From the NCBI GenBank assembly GCA_038087875.1, contig CM075988.1, positions 27,530,001 through 27,594,000 of the forward strand: 64,000 nucleotides of DNA, read 5' to 3'. The stretch comes from Malacoraja senta. Taxonomy: Eukaryota. The notes below the pieces were generated by a model, which saw nothing but the letters and a program-made list of their open reading frames with translations, did not search any database and was not told the origin of the DNA. Every line of letters starts with the position of its first letter. Position 1 is the first letter of the stretch. This document shows positions 27,464 to 38,612 of the stretch, piece by piece. The position numbers and the translations under genes are program-made.

Positions 27464-27558
27464 TAGATAGACAAAAATGCTGGAGAAACTCAGTGGGTGA
27501 GGCAGCATCTATGGAGCGAAGGAAATAGGCGACGTTTCAGGTCGAGACCCTTCTTCAG
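27464..27558 (-). mobile_element. 95-bp Penelope-derived insertion with 15-bp TSD
   Basis: actgaaggtatcatg at 27449-27463 and 27559-27573. Confidence 0.85.
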
Positions 27559-27560
27559 AC
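27528..27560 (-). ncRNA. Minimal type I hammerhead ribozyme-like core
   Basis: Minus strand GU-CUGAAGA-A-GGGUC-UC-GACCU-GAAAC-GUC-GCC contains CUGANGA, stem II, GAAA and a GUC triplet, as in Penelope minimal hammerheads. Confidence 0.6.
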
Positions 27561-28625
27561 TGAAGGTATCATGCGGTGCTTTTATGAATAAGATGCACAT
27601 AAAACTGATGTAAACCAATAAATAATACAGCTAAATTACTTTTAATGAAGTAAGAGGTGTTGCCGCATTGGATATTTGCCTGCACATAGGGCAGGTACAA
27701 AAATCACTAAGAAATGCAGCAATCTCCATTTTATATTTCTGCACATTCCTCTTGTTGCAAATTGTATCTGTTTCCATTTTGCCTACAACAGAAATTATTT
27801 GTAACAAAGCCCCAAGAGGAAGGACTGCCAAGAGTCACAGCTGGAAAAAATATAAAGTACGCCTAAAAGAGTTGGCCATAATTTTGAGCAAAATCTTATC
27901 ACGGTCATAAGTCTTTGCATAATAAAATTGTCATATTTCAATAAGAGATAGCTAAAATCTTGGTGGCCCTGCATCATCCTAAAAAAAACTTTCAATAAAT
28001 GGAAGAATAGAAATATTTTATTTGTTATTTTAAACCTTATTCGGCTGGTTTCACATTAAGAAACGGATTTCGATTTCAGATTACATTTCCCCATCAAAAC
28101 TCACTAATTATTACAGTATTTAACAATGTGTCGAGAAATGAAAGGAAATAGATTAATTCATATTTACAGTAAAGGGATTGATTTATTAATCTAAGAAAGG
28201 TTATTCAAGGTTACATTTGTATGACTGTTAATGGAATTCCACCAGTGAAGTGCAATGAAGAACAAGGACTAAATCATTCGCCTTTCATCTCTGGGATTTA
28301 GTACTGAATTCAGTATATATAATTAAAAGTCTCATCTTGACCACTTCCTGTTTGCACTGTGCTTTGATTTTAGAAAAAACGCTACCACATATTGCTGTGA
28401 TTTTTTGGCCATCTTACTCGTCCTCCTCCGCTGCGCAGGCCCCGAGGATTTTTCCCATCGATGAAAAATAAAATACTTATTAGTGTTTAAAAAATCTTGA
28501 GATTCTCTCTCCTGTCAATCGCCGCCATGAAGGCCACGCTCCTTCCGGTGGGAGGGGGAGGGACTATAAAACACGGAAGTGTGGGCATGGCTCAGTCTGT
28601 CTGCAAGATGGCGAGGGAGAGGTCA

Positions 28626-29452
28626 AGATTCAAGAGAGTTTATTGTCATGTGTCCCAGATAGGACAATGAAATTCTTGCTTTGCTTCAGCACAACAGAAT
28701 ATGGTAGGCATGACTACAGAACAGATCAGTGTGTCCATATACCATTATATAAATATATACACACATGAATAAATAAACAGATAAAGTGCAAATAAACAGA
28801 TAATGGGCTATTAATGTTCAGACTTTTGTTTGAGTTGAGTTTAATAGCCTGATGGCTGTGGGTAAGTAGCTATTCCTGAACCTGGACGTTGCAGTCTTCA
28901 GGATCCTGTACCTTCTACCTGAAGGTAGCGGGGAAATGAGTGTGTGGCCAGGATGGTGTGGGTCCTTGATGATGCTGCCAGCCTTTTTGAGGCAGCGACT
29001 GCGATAGATCCCCTCGATGGAGGTCAGAGCCGATGATGGACTGGGCAGTGATTACTACTTTTTGTAGTCTTTTCCGCTCCTGGGCACTCAAGTTGCCGAT
29101 CCAAGCCACGATGCAATCAGTCAGCACGCTCTCTACTATGCACCTGTAGAAGTTAGAGAGAGTCCTCCTTGACATACCGACTCACCGTAATCTTCTCAGG
29201 AAGTAGAGGCGCTGATGTGCTTGCTTTGTAATTGCTTCAGTGTTCTCGGACCAGGAGAGATCTTCAGAGATCTCTCCTGGTCCGAGGAATTTGCACGCCC
29301 AGGAATTTGAAGCTCTTGACCCTTTCCACCATCGACCCGTTGATATAAACAGGACTGTGGGTCCCCATCCTACCCCTTCCAAAGTTCACAATCAGTTCCT
29401 TGGTTTTGCTGGTGTTGAGGGCCAGGTTATTGTGCTGGCACCATTTGGTCAG
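28626..29452 (-). mobile_element. Rex1/Babar 3' fragment nested in the Helitron
   Basis: ORFs 29182-29382 (ISEDLSWSENTEAITKQAHQRLYFLRRLR) and 28915-29175 (TLSNFYRCIVESVLTDCIVAW). Confidence 0.88.
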
Positions 29453-29542
29453 TCGGCCTCTGTCACGTCTCTGTCTGAGCTGGGAAACTACAGAACACTG
29501 TGAGTATGCAATGTACTTGAATAAATGATTTGTTAGCCCTTA

Positions 29543-29770
29543 ATGAAAATGAAATGAGTTGTCTGGCCTGCCCTGTGCTTGAAACTGCAATGGCAATGGA
29601 AATGAAGTGAAAATGCAATCAGCTGTTTGGCTTGAGCCTGCCCTGTGCTTGAAAGTGCAATGGCAATGGAAATTAAGTGAAAATGCAATCAGCTGTTTGG
29701 CTTGGCCTGCCCTGTGCTTGAAACTGCAATGCAATTGGAAATGAAATGAAATGAGTTGTTTGGCCTGCCT
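29543..29770 (+). repeat. ~69-bp minisatellite, ~3 copies
   Basis: gcctgccctgtgcttgaaaStgcaatggcaatggaaat...gctgtttggcttg repeated. Confidence 0.9.
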
Positions 29771-29885
29771 GAAACCACTAATTTCGGCCCACACGGCCCC
29801 TATTAGCCGAGAAACCAGTCCCTTTTGCCCAAAATACCAGTATTAGCACAGGAAGAGCATTTAGGCCCAAAAGGCCCGTGCCAGG

Positions 29886-30065
29886 TACACAAAAATGCTG
29901 GAGAAACTCAGCGGGTGCAGCAGCATCTATGGAGTCTGAAGAAGGGTTTCGGACCGAAACGTTGCCTATTTCCTTCGCTCCATAGATGCTGCTGCACCTG
30001 CTGGGTTTCTCCAGCATTTTTGTGTACCTGGGATTTTCCAGCATCTGCAGTTCCTTCTTAAACAC
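29886..30065. mobile_element. Penelope-derived palindromic unit with hammerhead core and 14-bp TSD
   Basis: Flanks aggcccgtgccagg (29872-29885) / aggcccttgccagg (30066-30079); ctgaagaagggtttcggaccgaaacgtt at ~29936. Confidence 0.8.
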
Positions 30066-30406
30066 AGGCCCTTGCCAGGCCAGGAAAAGTCCAGAAAATG
30101 TGCCTTTCACTGAGATTTCACAGATTTTTTTTAAAAGGGCCCCTTCATCCCATCTGGCCAGTTCTAGCCCAGGAGTCCGTTCGGCCCATCCGTAAGTATT
30201 CCTCCTGCAAGTATTAAACCTCACCCCAGTATTTTTCTCCCTCCCTTCATTTGCTCCCTGTGAGATCCAGGCCAGGATAGACTTTCCTCCTTCACTGCTG
30301 TGGTCTGCAGAAAAAGATGAAAAATGTCTAAAATTGATTCTCCACCCTCTCCCCCTTCTCTCTCACAGAGTCTCTCACCCGTTTTGGGCAGAATTTCTGG
30401 CAGTTT

Positions 30407-30540
30407 CTGAGCTGCCAGCCCACCAGGCCTGAGTGACTGAGCTGCCAGCCCACCAGGCCTGAGTGACTGAGCTGCCAGCCCACCAGGCCTGAGTGACTGA
30501 GCTGCCAGCCCACCAGGCCTGTGACTGAGCAGCCAGCCCA
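30407..30540 (+). repeat. 30-bp minisatellite, ~4.5 copies
   Basis: ctgagctgccagcccaccaggcctgagtga x3 perfect plus 1.5 imperfect copies. Confidence 0.97.
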
Positions 30541-31742
30541 AGAATCCATTCCCTCCACAATGTCCATACTAGCCCTCTGGAAACCAGTCCCTTTGGCCCA
30601 CAACACCCATACTAGCGCTGCAGAAAGCCCCCCCACCGGCCAGCAACAATGGAATTGGTGGAGAGGTGGAATATTGCGTTGGGGGACCAGCCCTCCCGTG
30701 TGAACATGGGGCCCAACGGGTCCCACTTATAGTGAATTAATAAAACCTTAGAATACCTTTTAACTCCCCGTATTCTCTTATGATTTACAGGCTAGTTTCC
30801 ACACACTGATCATAATGAGAAACTCCACCATCAAAAACTGGCAAATTGATCCTTAAACCACATTCTCTGCTCAACAAATCAACAAGAATAACGAGCGTGG
30901 AAAATGGTAAATACGGTCTTCTGTGCAGATGGATTAAACTCCATGTTGAGAGGCAGTAGGGAAAATTTTACCCCTTAGTATTGTACCTGACCTGAATTCT
31001 ATTCCTTAGTATTGGTCCTGATCTGGACTGTTTTATTTTGACAACGGTTGCCAGAAACAAGAACATCTATATAAAACTGATAGTTCACTCAATATATATT
31101 CATGGCTCAGTGTTTCAGCCTAAGATGCAGGAACCCATGCTTGTTTTCCCAGTATTACAAAAAAAGATCTAGACCAAAGATAGCCAGCTAAGATTAACTA
31201 ACATCACCAACCAAGGATGTCCCCAGTCTGCTGAACTCAATGAAGTTAGTCTAAAATGGCTGTAGAAATAATACAGATAGAGCATAGAATGTCGAACAGT
31301 ATACAGCAGGCCCTTCAGTCTACGATGTCTGTGCTGAACATGATGCCAAGACCAACTTTTATCTGCCTGCACATAATCCATGTCCCCGCATTCCCTGCAT
31401 ATCCATAGGCCTATCCAAAAGACTTAAATGGTTCAGGATCTGGAACATCCTGGCTTGCTAGCATCAGTGCTTGATATTGCAATCACGGTGTCACATTTGA
31501 ACCTTAAATTAAGTTTCCAACCTTATTTCCATTCTATCACCAAGATCACCTATTTCTGCCTTCTTAATACCACTACTCCATTCTACCAAAGCTCATCTGC
31601 TACTGGGCCTTTCCCATGCCCTTATTATTCCCTGACTAGATTATTCCAATTCACATTTGGAATGCTTTCCATATTCTACTCTCCATAAACTTGAGGTGAT
31701 GCAAAGCAATGTAGCCTGTAGCTCAGACGATCAGTAAGCACT

Positions 31743-32045
31743 GGCAGGCACAGTGACGCAGCGGTAGTGTTGCTGCCTCACAGTGTCAGAGACCCAGGCT
31801 CAGTTCCGACCATGTGGGTTTTGTACGTTCTCTCTGTGACCGCGTGGGTGTTGGATGGATGCTCCAATTTCCGCCCACATTCCAAAGACGTGCGGGTTTC
31901 CAGATTAATTGGCTTCTGTAAATTATCCTGAGTGCATAAGATGCGAAACTGGTCTAGCATGTAGAACTAGTGTTATAGGCGATCGATTGGTCCCGTTTTA
32001 GTGGGTCAAAAGGCCTGTTTCCTATCTATCTCTAAGCTAAACACT
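31743..32045 (+). mobile_element. HE1-like tRNA-derived SINE
   Basis: ggcacagtgacgcagcggtag...gctgcctcacag...agagaccc head, V-like core cccacattccaaagacgtgcgg, CR1-like tail. Confidence 0.8.
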
Positions 32046-34130
32046 GGCACCTAAATGCTTGCAGAATGAAAGGGAGCTAGAGCAGGAGAGGACTGAGGTT
32101 GTTCCACATGGAGGAAATGAAGCTGATACTGTGCTGGGCATGGGGCCATGCAGAGTCTTAATGTTGTAATGGGTTCAAGGCTGTGAGGATGGACTGGACT
32201 AACTAAAAGTGATAGGGGCTGGCTAAAATGCTGACAGCTGTTAAAGGTGTGGTCCAACAATCTAATAAGTAATCTGGCTAGTTTTGCTCCTTTGAAAATA
32301 AGGCATTAATCTAAAGGGGAGATGCCAAAAGCGATTTCACCAGACAAAGGAGTCAGTGATCAGAGCAACATCTAACAAATTGAAACAGATTATTGCAAAA
32401 TTGGATAACTGATTCAATAAATAAATGTTTTTCATAGACTGTAACACATGCACAAACACATAAGAGTCAGTATTAGTCATCATTAATTACATACAGACTC
32501 ACAGGAAGAAAATGTTCAATCAGGGATTTTAAAAAAATAATAGGACAAAGGAAATGAGATTTCTTCTGGTCATTATTTGTGTAGAACACACAAAAATATA
32601 TGATGTTTACCATTTGATTCTAAAACGGAATGCTGGAAATCTTCCACTTTCCCTGCCATCACCATTACACCAAGTCCCTTTCATCAACAGTCATAGGCTC
32701 AAACTGTATTTTTAATTAACGTATAACAAAGGGAAAATGTTGCACAAAAGTATTGATATTTAGTTTCAGAAGGAACTGCAGATGCTGAGAGACACAAAAA
32801 GCTGGACATGGTGGGCCGAAGGGCCTGTTTCCGCGCTGTATCTCCAAACTATAAACTAAATATCAAAGATAGACACAAAAAGCTGGAGTAAATCAGCGGG
32901 ACAGGCAGCATCTCTGGAGAGAAGGAATGGGTGATGTTTCAGATCGAAACCCTTCTTCAGTCTGAAGAATTAGACATAAGATAAATTACTATTTGGACAG
33001 GAAGGTCAGCTGTGCTTATTCAGATGGTGTGTTTGAAAAAGAGTAAAATTGCTAATCTCATAAAAGAAGTGAGGTCCATTTCAAGAGGAATGGAAATATA
33101 AGTCATGGCTAATTTGGAAGTACGTAATGCAGAACGTTGGCATGAAGTTGAAAACATTTTATTTCATAGCATTGCATTGCTTCATCTTGATGCATGTACA
33201 CAGAAGAAATTAGTAAGACCTAATTGGGTCCATTTGTGGCCAGCTTCCAGAAACCATCTGTTCAGATCTGCCTTTCTTAAAAGCAGCTGAACAGTTTATA
33301 AAAGTCCTATGAGCACAATTTCCCTCTGCCTTCACCATAACTATTCTCAATTTTCAGACATGACTTGTCAAGGACCTATTACAAACATGCCTCCATATAT
33401 ACGTAACCCAAAAATTTCTTGAAGTTCTGAGAATGATAATGTGGTAGGTATGAAACAACCAGAGCCACAAGAAGCATGAACAAAGTTCATCCATGCAAAT
33501 GGAATTGGAGAGATGCCCAGGATAAAGGAGCCTTCGTCTTTACATCCAGAACAGGTCATTCCTTGGCAGGAGTTGTGCAAGAGTTATGTACCGTGTAGGG
33601 GCAGGAAGAAGAGTCCTTGTACGGAAGGTCTTCTACCTACTGTTTCTAAATGGTAGCTACAGTAAATGATAGTCTGTAGAATATACATTATCTACTGTGT
33701 TACATCTAAACAAAGTGTAACATTTCCTCAATGGTAATAGCATCCAATAGTCTGGAAAGTCTGCTAGACTGGCACCAGCAGAATACTGACCATTCTGGAT
33801 TAACTATCAAGAATCAAGAGTCAAGAGATGTAACTTTTTAGAACAGCAGTTGCCTAAATCTTATCCTAAATAAATCTTCCAGCTTGCTACCCTTCCCTAT
33901 TCATATTGATTCCTTCTTTCCTATAAAGTTTTGACCTGCTCTCTAAATGAACTGTCGTGATTTTCGCTACAGTACTGTGCAACACCAGTCAAGCAGATGG
34001 AAATGGTCCAAACCTCATGCCATTAAAAATGGGAAGACAGTGCAATTGTCGAGCTTGCTTGATAAATCATTTAAATTGTCCCCCAAATTTATCAAACATC
34101 AATCATATGAATCTTTCTATATCTTAAATA

Positions 34131-34422
34131 TGGGGCAACATGGTGGTGCAGCAGTAGAGTTGCAACCTTACAGCACCAGAGACCCGGGTTCGATCCTGAC
34201 CGTGGGTGCTGTCTGTACAAAGTTTGTACATTCTCCCCGTGAAACATGGGGTTTCTCTGGGAGCTCCGGTTTGCTCCCACACTCCAAAGGCGTACAGGTT
34301 TGTAGGTTCATTGTGTTTGATATCTGTAGGATAGTGCTAGTGTACTGGGTGATCGCTGGTCAGTGCAGAATTGGTGGGTCGAAGGGCTTGTTTCCACACT
34401 GTATCTCACACCAACTAAATTA
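34131..34422 (+). mobile_element. HE1-like tRNA-derived SINE, near full length
   Basis: A-box-like tggtgcagcagtag, B-box ggttcgatcc, core ctcccacactccaaagg, CR1-type tail gggtcgaagggcttgtttccacactgtatctc. Confidence 0.88.
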
Positions 34423-35849
34423 AAAATACCTTAAGTGATCTCTTGATTGCCAAGATGGTAAATATGCAATGCCACATCATACTGAGCAATGCAGAACAGT
34501 CATGAGCACAGTTGTCAACTCCAGGCTGAGTTAGTTGATCTCACTCTGGGATGAACATCAGTCCCAATGGGCTCGTGAGTGGAGGGATTGCCTTGCTGCC
34601 TGCTCCTTCTCACTAACCTTAACTCTGACTCATATACCAATGAACATTGGGCGACCACACACAAACGCGCACATAGTTTCCAGTACAGCTGTTGGTAACT
34701 GGTGTACCATACTACAGATGTTAACAGCTGTCCCAATATCTGCTGCAATCAACAGGGATTGGGAACAAACATTGGTACAGCTAACAACTATACCACAAGT
34801 TTAACTGATTATAAAAGGATTCCGAGACAGTTAATATCTTCATGCATGAATCAGCAAGGACACTGGCAATATGTACCTCCTGTTCTTATTTATTCAATTG
34901 ATCTTTATCTACTTTTATTTGACTCTCCTCCCCGATTCCACATGAATTATTGTGTTACTTGCCTTTTAAGTTTTCTTTCTGTATCCTTTCCATGATTTGT
35001 TGGTCTTATGCATAACATTTCTGGAATGTTAACAAGCATATCCAAAACCTCAAAACAGACTCCATTAACATTTAAGGGTCACAAAATATAGAAATGTGTT
35101 TCCAATTGAATAAATGCAGCAGAACACAAATTATGTTCAGCCTAGCATTTCAGCATTTAATAGTTCGTTCACTGATGGTTTTTCCTCTGCTTCTGCAGAA
35201 ACATTGCATTTACTTCACAATTTTTATATTGTTTCAAAATTTCTTCTCTTTCCAGAATCCAAACTTTAGAAAAAGTGCAAAATATTCTGCAACTTTTCAG
35301 AAAGAGTAGTGCAACACTCCTGATTTTCATTGCAGGCATTTACTTTTAAAGGACATCACAATGGCACAGCAGTTGTTATTCCAGAGCGATCCTTGCTTCA
35401 GATGCAATCTGTATGGAGTTTGCATGTCTTCCCTGTGACTGAATGGGCTTTCCATGGGTGAGATGGTTTCATCTTGCACCTCAAAGATTTGTTGGTGAGT
35501 TTATTGTCTACCTCAAATTGTACAGGTGGATGACAGGAGAATCGGGACAGAGGTAATGGGCATGTGAAAGAAAATTGGTTATGGGGGCATAAGTAAAGGA
35601 AGGGGGTTGATGGAAATGCTAAGGGAGACAGCTTTGAGAGGCCGAATGATTTTGCCATGTCATAAGGAAATTTGTATTTCTTTGGCCTGCTTAATAGAAA
35701 CGAAAGTAAATCTAAACTAAATGAATATGGGATGGAAATGTCATTGTTCGTTTTCAATGACATAGTATTTTGAGGTACAGTAAAAAAATCTGTTAATCCA
35801 GCATATTCAGAACTTTGGAGGTATTGGGCAGTGAGATTTGGCATTGGTT

Positions 35850-36215
35850 ATTAGTCTAGTATTGTCACAGGTATTGAGATACAGTGAAAAACTATGTTTT
35901 GTGTGCTCTCCAGTCAAATCACACCATACATGAGTACGATCAAGCCATACACAAGTACATTGGATGGTGCAAAGAGAAAAATTGCCCAAATGCAGACTAT
36001 CGTGCTACAGAATTACACTATTATAGCTGTAGAGAAAGTGCAGATTTTTAAAAAACCTGCAAGAATGACAATGAGGTAGGTTGAGAGAATGGTCTATACC
36101 TTTAGGTTATGCGATGTCCATTCTCTACTCTGATAACAGCTGGGAAGAAGCTGTTCCTGAGTCTGGTGCCACGTACCTTCAAGGTTTAGTATCATCTGGG
36201 AGAGGGGAAAAGAGG
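35850..36215 (-). mobile_element. Rex1-type 3' end, degenerate
   Basis: tattgtcaca...tacagtgaaaa...ctgataacagctgggaagaagctgttcctgagtctgg, similar to the 4.9-kb and 28.9-kb copies. Confidence 0.6.
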
Positions 36216-37619
36216 GCACTTTCCAGACTATTACATGTTATGCCAATTAATATTCCAATGCACTTTTACTTTTTATTTATTCAGATGTGATGCAGTGCAG
36301 TAGTATGTTACATTTTCTGGTAAACCTGGAATTTTTCCATAATTTTCTGTTTTATCTCACCTACATTCAGTTTACTTGATCATTACTGCCTGTGCAAGGT
36401 TAGTTTTCACAAATCCACAATATCCAAAAAGGACATGAAAGGCACCATATTAAATAAACTCTTTCTTCTATCTCTTCTTATTTAAGTGCTACAACTTTTA
36501 CCCATCAGAGGGAGTGTATCAGTGCTGGCATCAAAATATCTCTCATGGAATGTTCCAAAATGCACAAGTTTCATCGGATTAATTCATTATGTATGACCCC
36601 ATAACAGGCCAGATTCCCTGAGTGCGGATACGTTTGACTTTTGAAGGACAGTCGAAAATGGTTGGTATTGACTCAGATGCTTAAATAAATCTTTCCTGTT
36701 TTCATTTCCTTTGACCAATCAAAATCAGAGCAATATGTCATTTTCGTAGAATAAGACAAAGTGGTTCTCCAACCAATATAACTTTGATACATAGACAAAC
36801 TTGGGAACTGAGTTTATATTCCACAGGCTCACACAAATGAGAAATACATAGAATTAATAATTAATCTTGTAGTGTTGCGAGAAGATATAAAAAAAGATTC
36901 AACATATTCTATGTGCGTATGGAGGTGCGTAGTGCAACTTCTAAAGGACTTTAGAATCAACACCCAACATCAAAGGACTATTGAAACTTTGTTCTTCAGC
37001 CTCGCATCTGTGGAATTTTCAAGTGCTGAGATTTATCTTCTGTCTATGACATCTAGTAGAAATAATACAGAAATAACGCTGAAGCAAAACTCACTTGGGT
37101 TTCATCTTCACATCCAAATAACATTATTGAAAACTAGATTTGTTGACTCAGCTAAATCTCAAAGCCAAACTGCAGTTTTACATACATTACATTTCCCCAG
37201 TGGAGGCCACATTTCATATATCCTGTTTTTATTACTTTTGTTTCCAAGTACGCTGTGTACCAAATCAAAATAACTATTTGTGGTGAAGTACATCAAGGAT
37301 ACTTTTGCTTTATTACTCCCTGACTCAGCCAATGTCATTAGCTGTGGCAAACTAATGCTTTAAGGTATAGTCATGATAAAGGGTTTGCTGCTCTAGGATT
37401 CCGCAAGAAGGCAAACAAATTGACGAATTGTGAATCCTAAGTCCCATAGTCATAGTGTCTTGCAGCGTGGAAACAGGCCCTTCAGCCCAATTTACCCACA
37501 CCGGCCAATATGTCCCATCTACACATAGTCCCACCTGCCCGCATTTGACCCATATCCCTGAAAACCTGTCATATCCATGTACCTGTTTAAATGTGATTCA
37601 AAAAGCATTTGGATCACTT

Positions 37620-38100
37620 GGTATTTTTAAATAGAGGAATGGGATATAAAAGCAAAGTGACGACATCAAAACTTCATAAATCACTGGTTAGACCTCAGTT
37701 GATCGAGGTGGACCATTCTGAGTATCATAATTCCAAAAAGCATAAACCCTTAACAAAGGGTACAAAGGATGCTTACTAAAGAGATTCCAAGCATGAGGGG
37801 CTTCTGACATGATTCCATGTAAAAATCTCCAAACACTTCAGAAGATTTCAAGAACAGGTTAAAAAAAATAACACATGCAATATGTAATCTATTTTACATC
37901 TTTTTCAGAACATCGCTATATCCTTTTTATCCAATGAAGTCAAAAGAGTGTAGGATGTGCCATAATGTAGGAAAAACAATTACATACCAATAAGATAATA
38001 ATTAGTAGTTTTAACATCAATGCTGAGTGACCTAGAAGGAAGAAGAGGAGCATTTTTCCACTGTGAGTTGTTAGATATGGAACACTCCCTTGCAGATCAA
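37620..38100 (+). mobile_element. Old CR1 fragment
   Basis: aatagaggaatgggatataaaagcaaag...aaatcactggttagacctcag...attccaagcatgaggggcttc corresponds to RGxxYKSK...LVRPQ...IPxMRGF. Confidence 0.65.
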
Positions 38101-38612
38101 AAAGTGAAAAGATACAGATGTTTCAAAGCTGAAATAAAAATAGAAAATGCTGTTTTTAATTTTTCAACAGATGAATCAGCATGAGACGGAGTCAATATTT
38201 CAGATTGATGACCTTCCTCTGAACTGAGAAGCCTTAAAAATCAAACATGGTTTAATTTGCAAAGGAGGAGGGAGGATTGGCGAGAACCATGGGAGAGTCT
38301 ATGACAGGGAGAGGACCAAATGTCACACATGGTGGTGGTGTTGGCATAGAATAGGTGGTGAAGGCTTTTTTAAACATAGATAATCTCTCATGAAAAGATG
38401 TAAGAAGAAGGCAATTGAAAACGGAGAAGGAGTAATAAGGAAAAAGAAAAACAAGAGTTTACTTCCTTTAAGTCAATGGAATCTAATTCCATAAATAATG
38501 TTCTAAGCTATTTGATCAGGTAATTGAAGGCAGGGTGTTGTAGAGATATAAGTAAAACTGAGTCTGCAGAATTGCTCTTTCAAACAGCTGTTTCTGGCAC
38601 AATGACTAGTTA

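Larger units (their letters stand above)
28314..30732 (+). mobile_element. Non-autonomous Helitron-like element with nested insertions
   Basis: 5' tatatataattaaaag (TC-like start, C mutated); 3' hairpin tggggccc-aac-gggtccca (30707-30725) then atag|t (CTAG|T-like); no TIR or TSD; internal minisatellites. Confidence 0.6.

Noticed and set aside
30407..30540. 30-bp repeats as a CRISPR array or repeat protein
   Set aside because: Head-to-tail with no spacers, no cas genes, eukaryotic context; a minisatellite.
34131..34205. tRNA gene
   Set aside because: A/B boxes continue into a SINE core and LINE tail; no clean cloverleaf.
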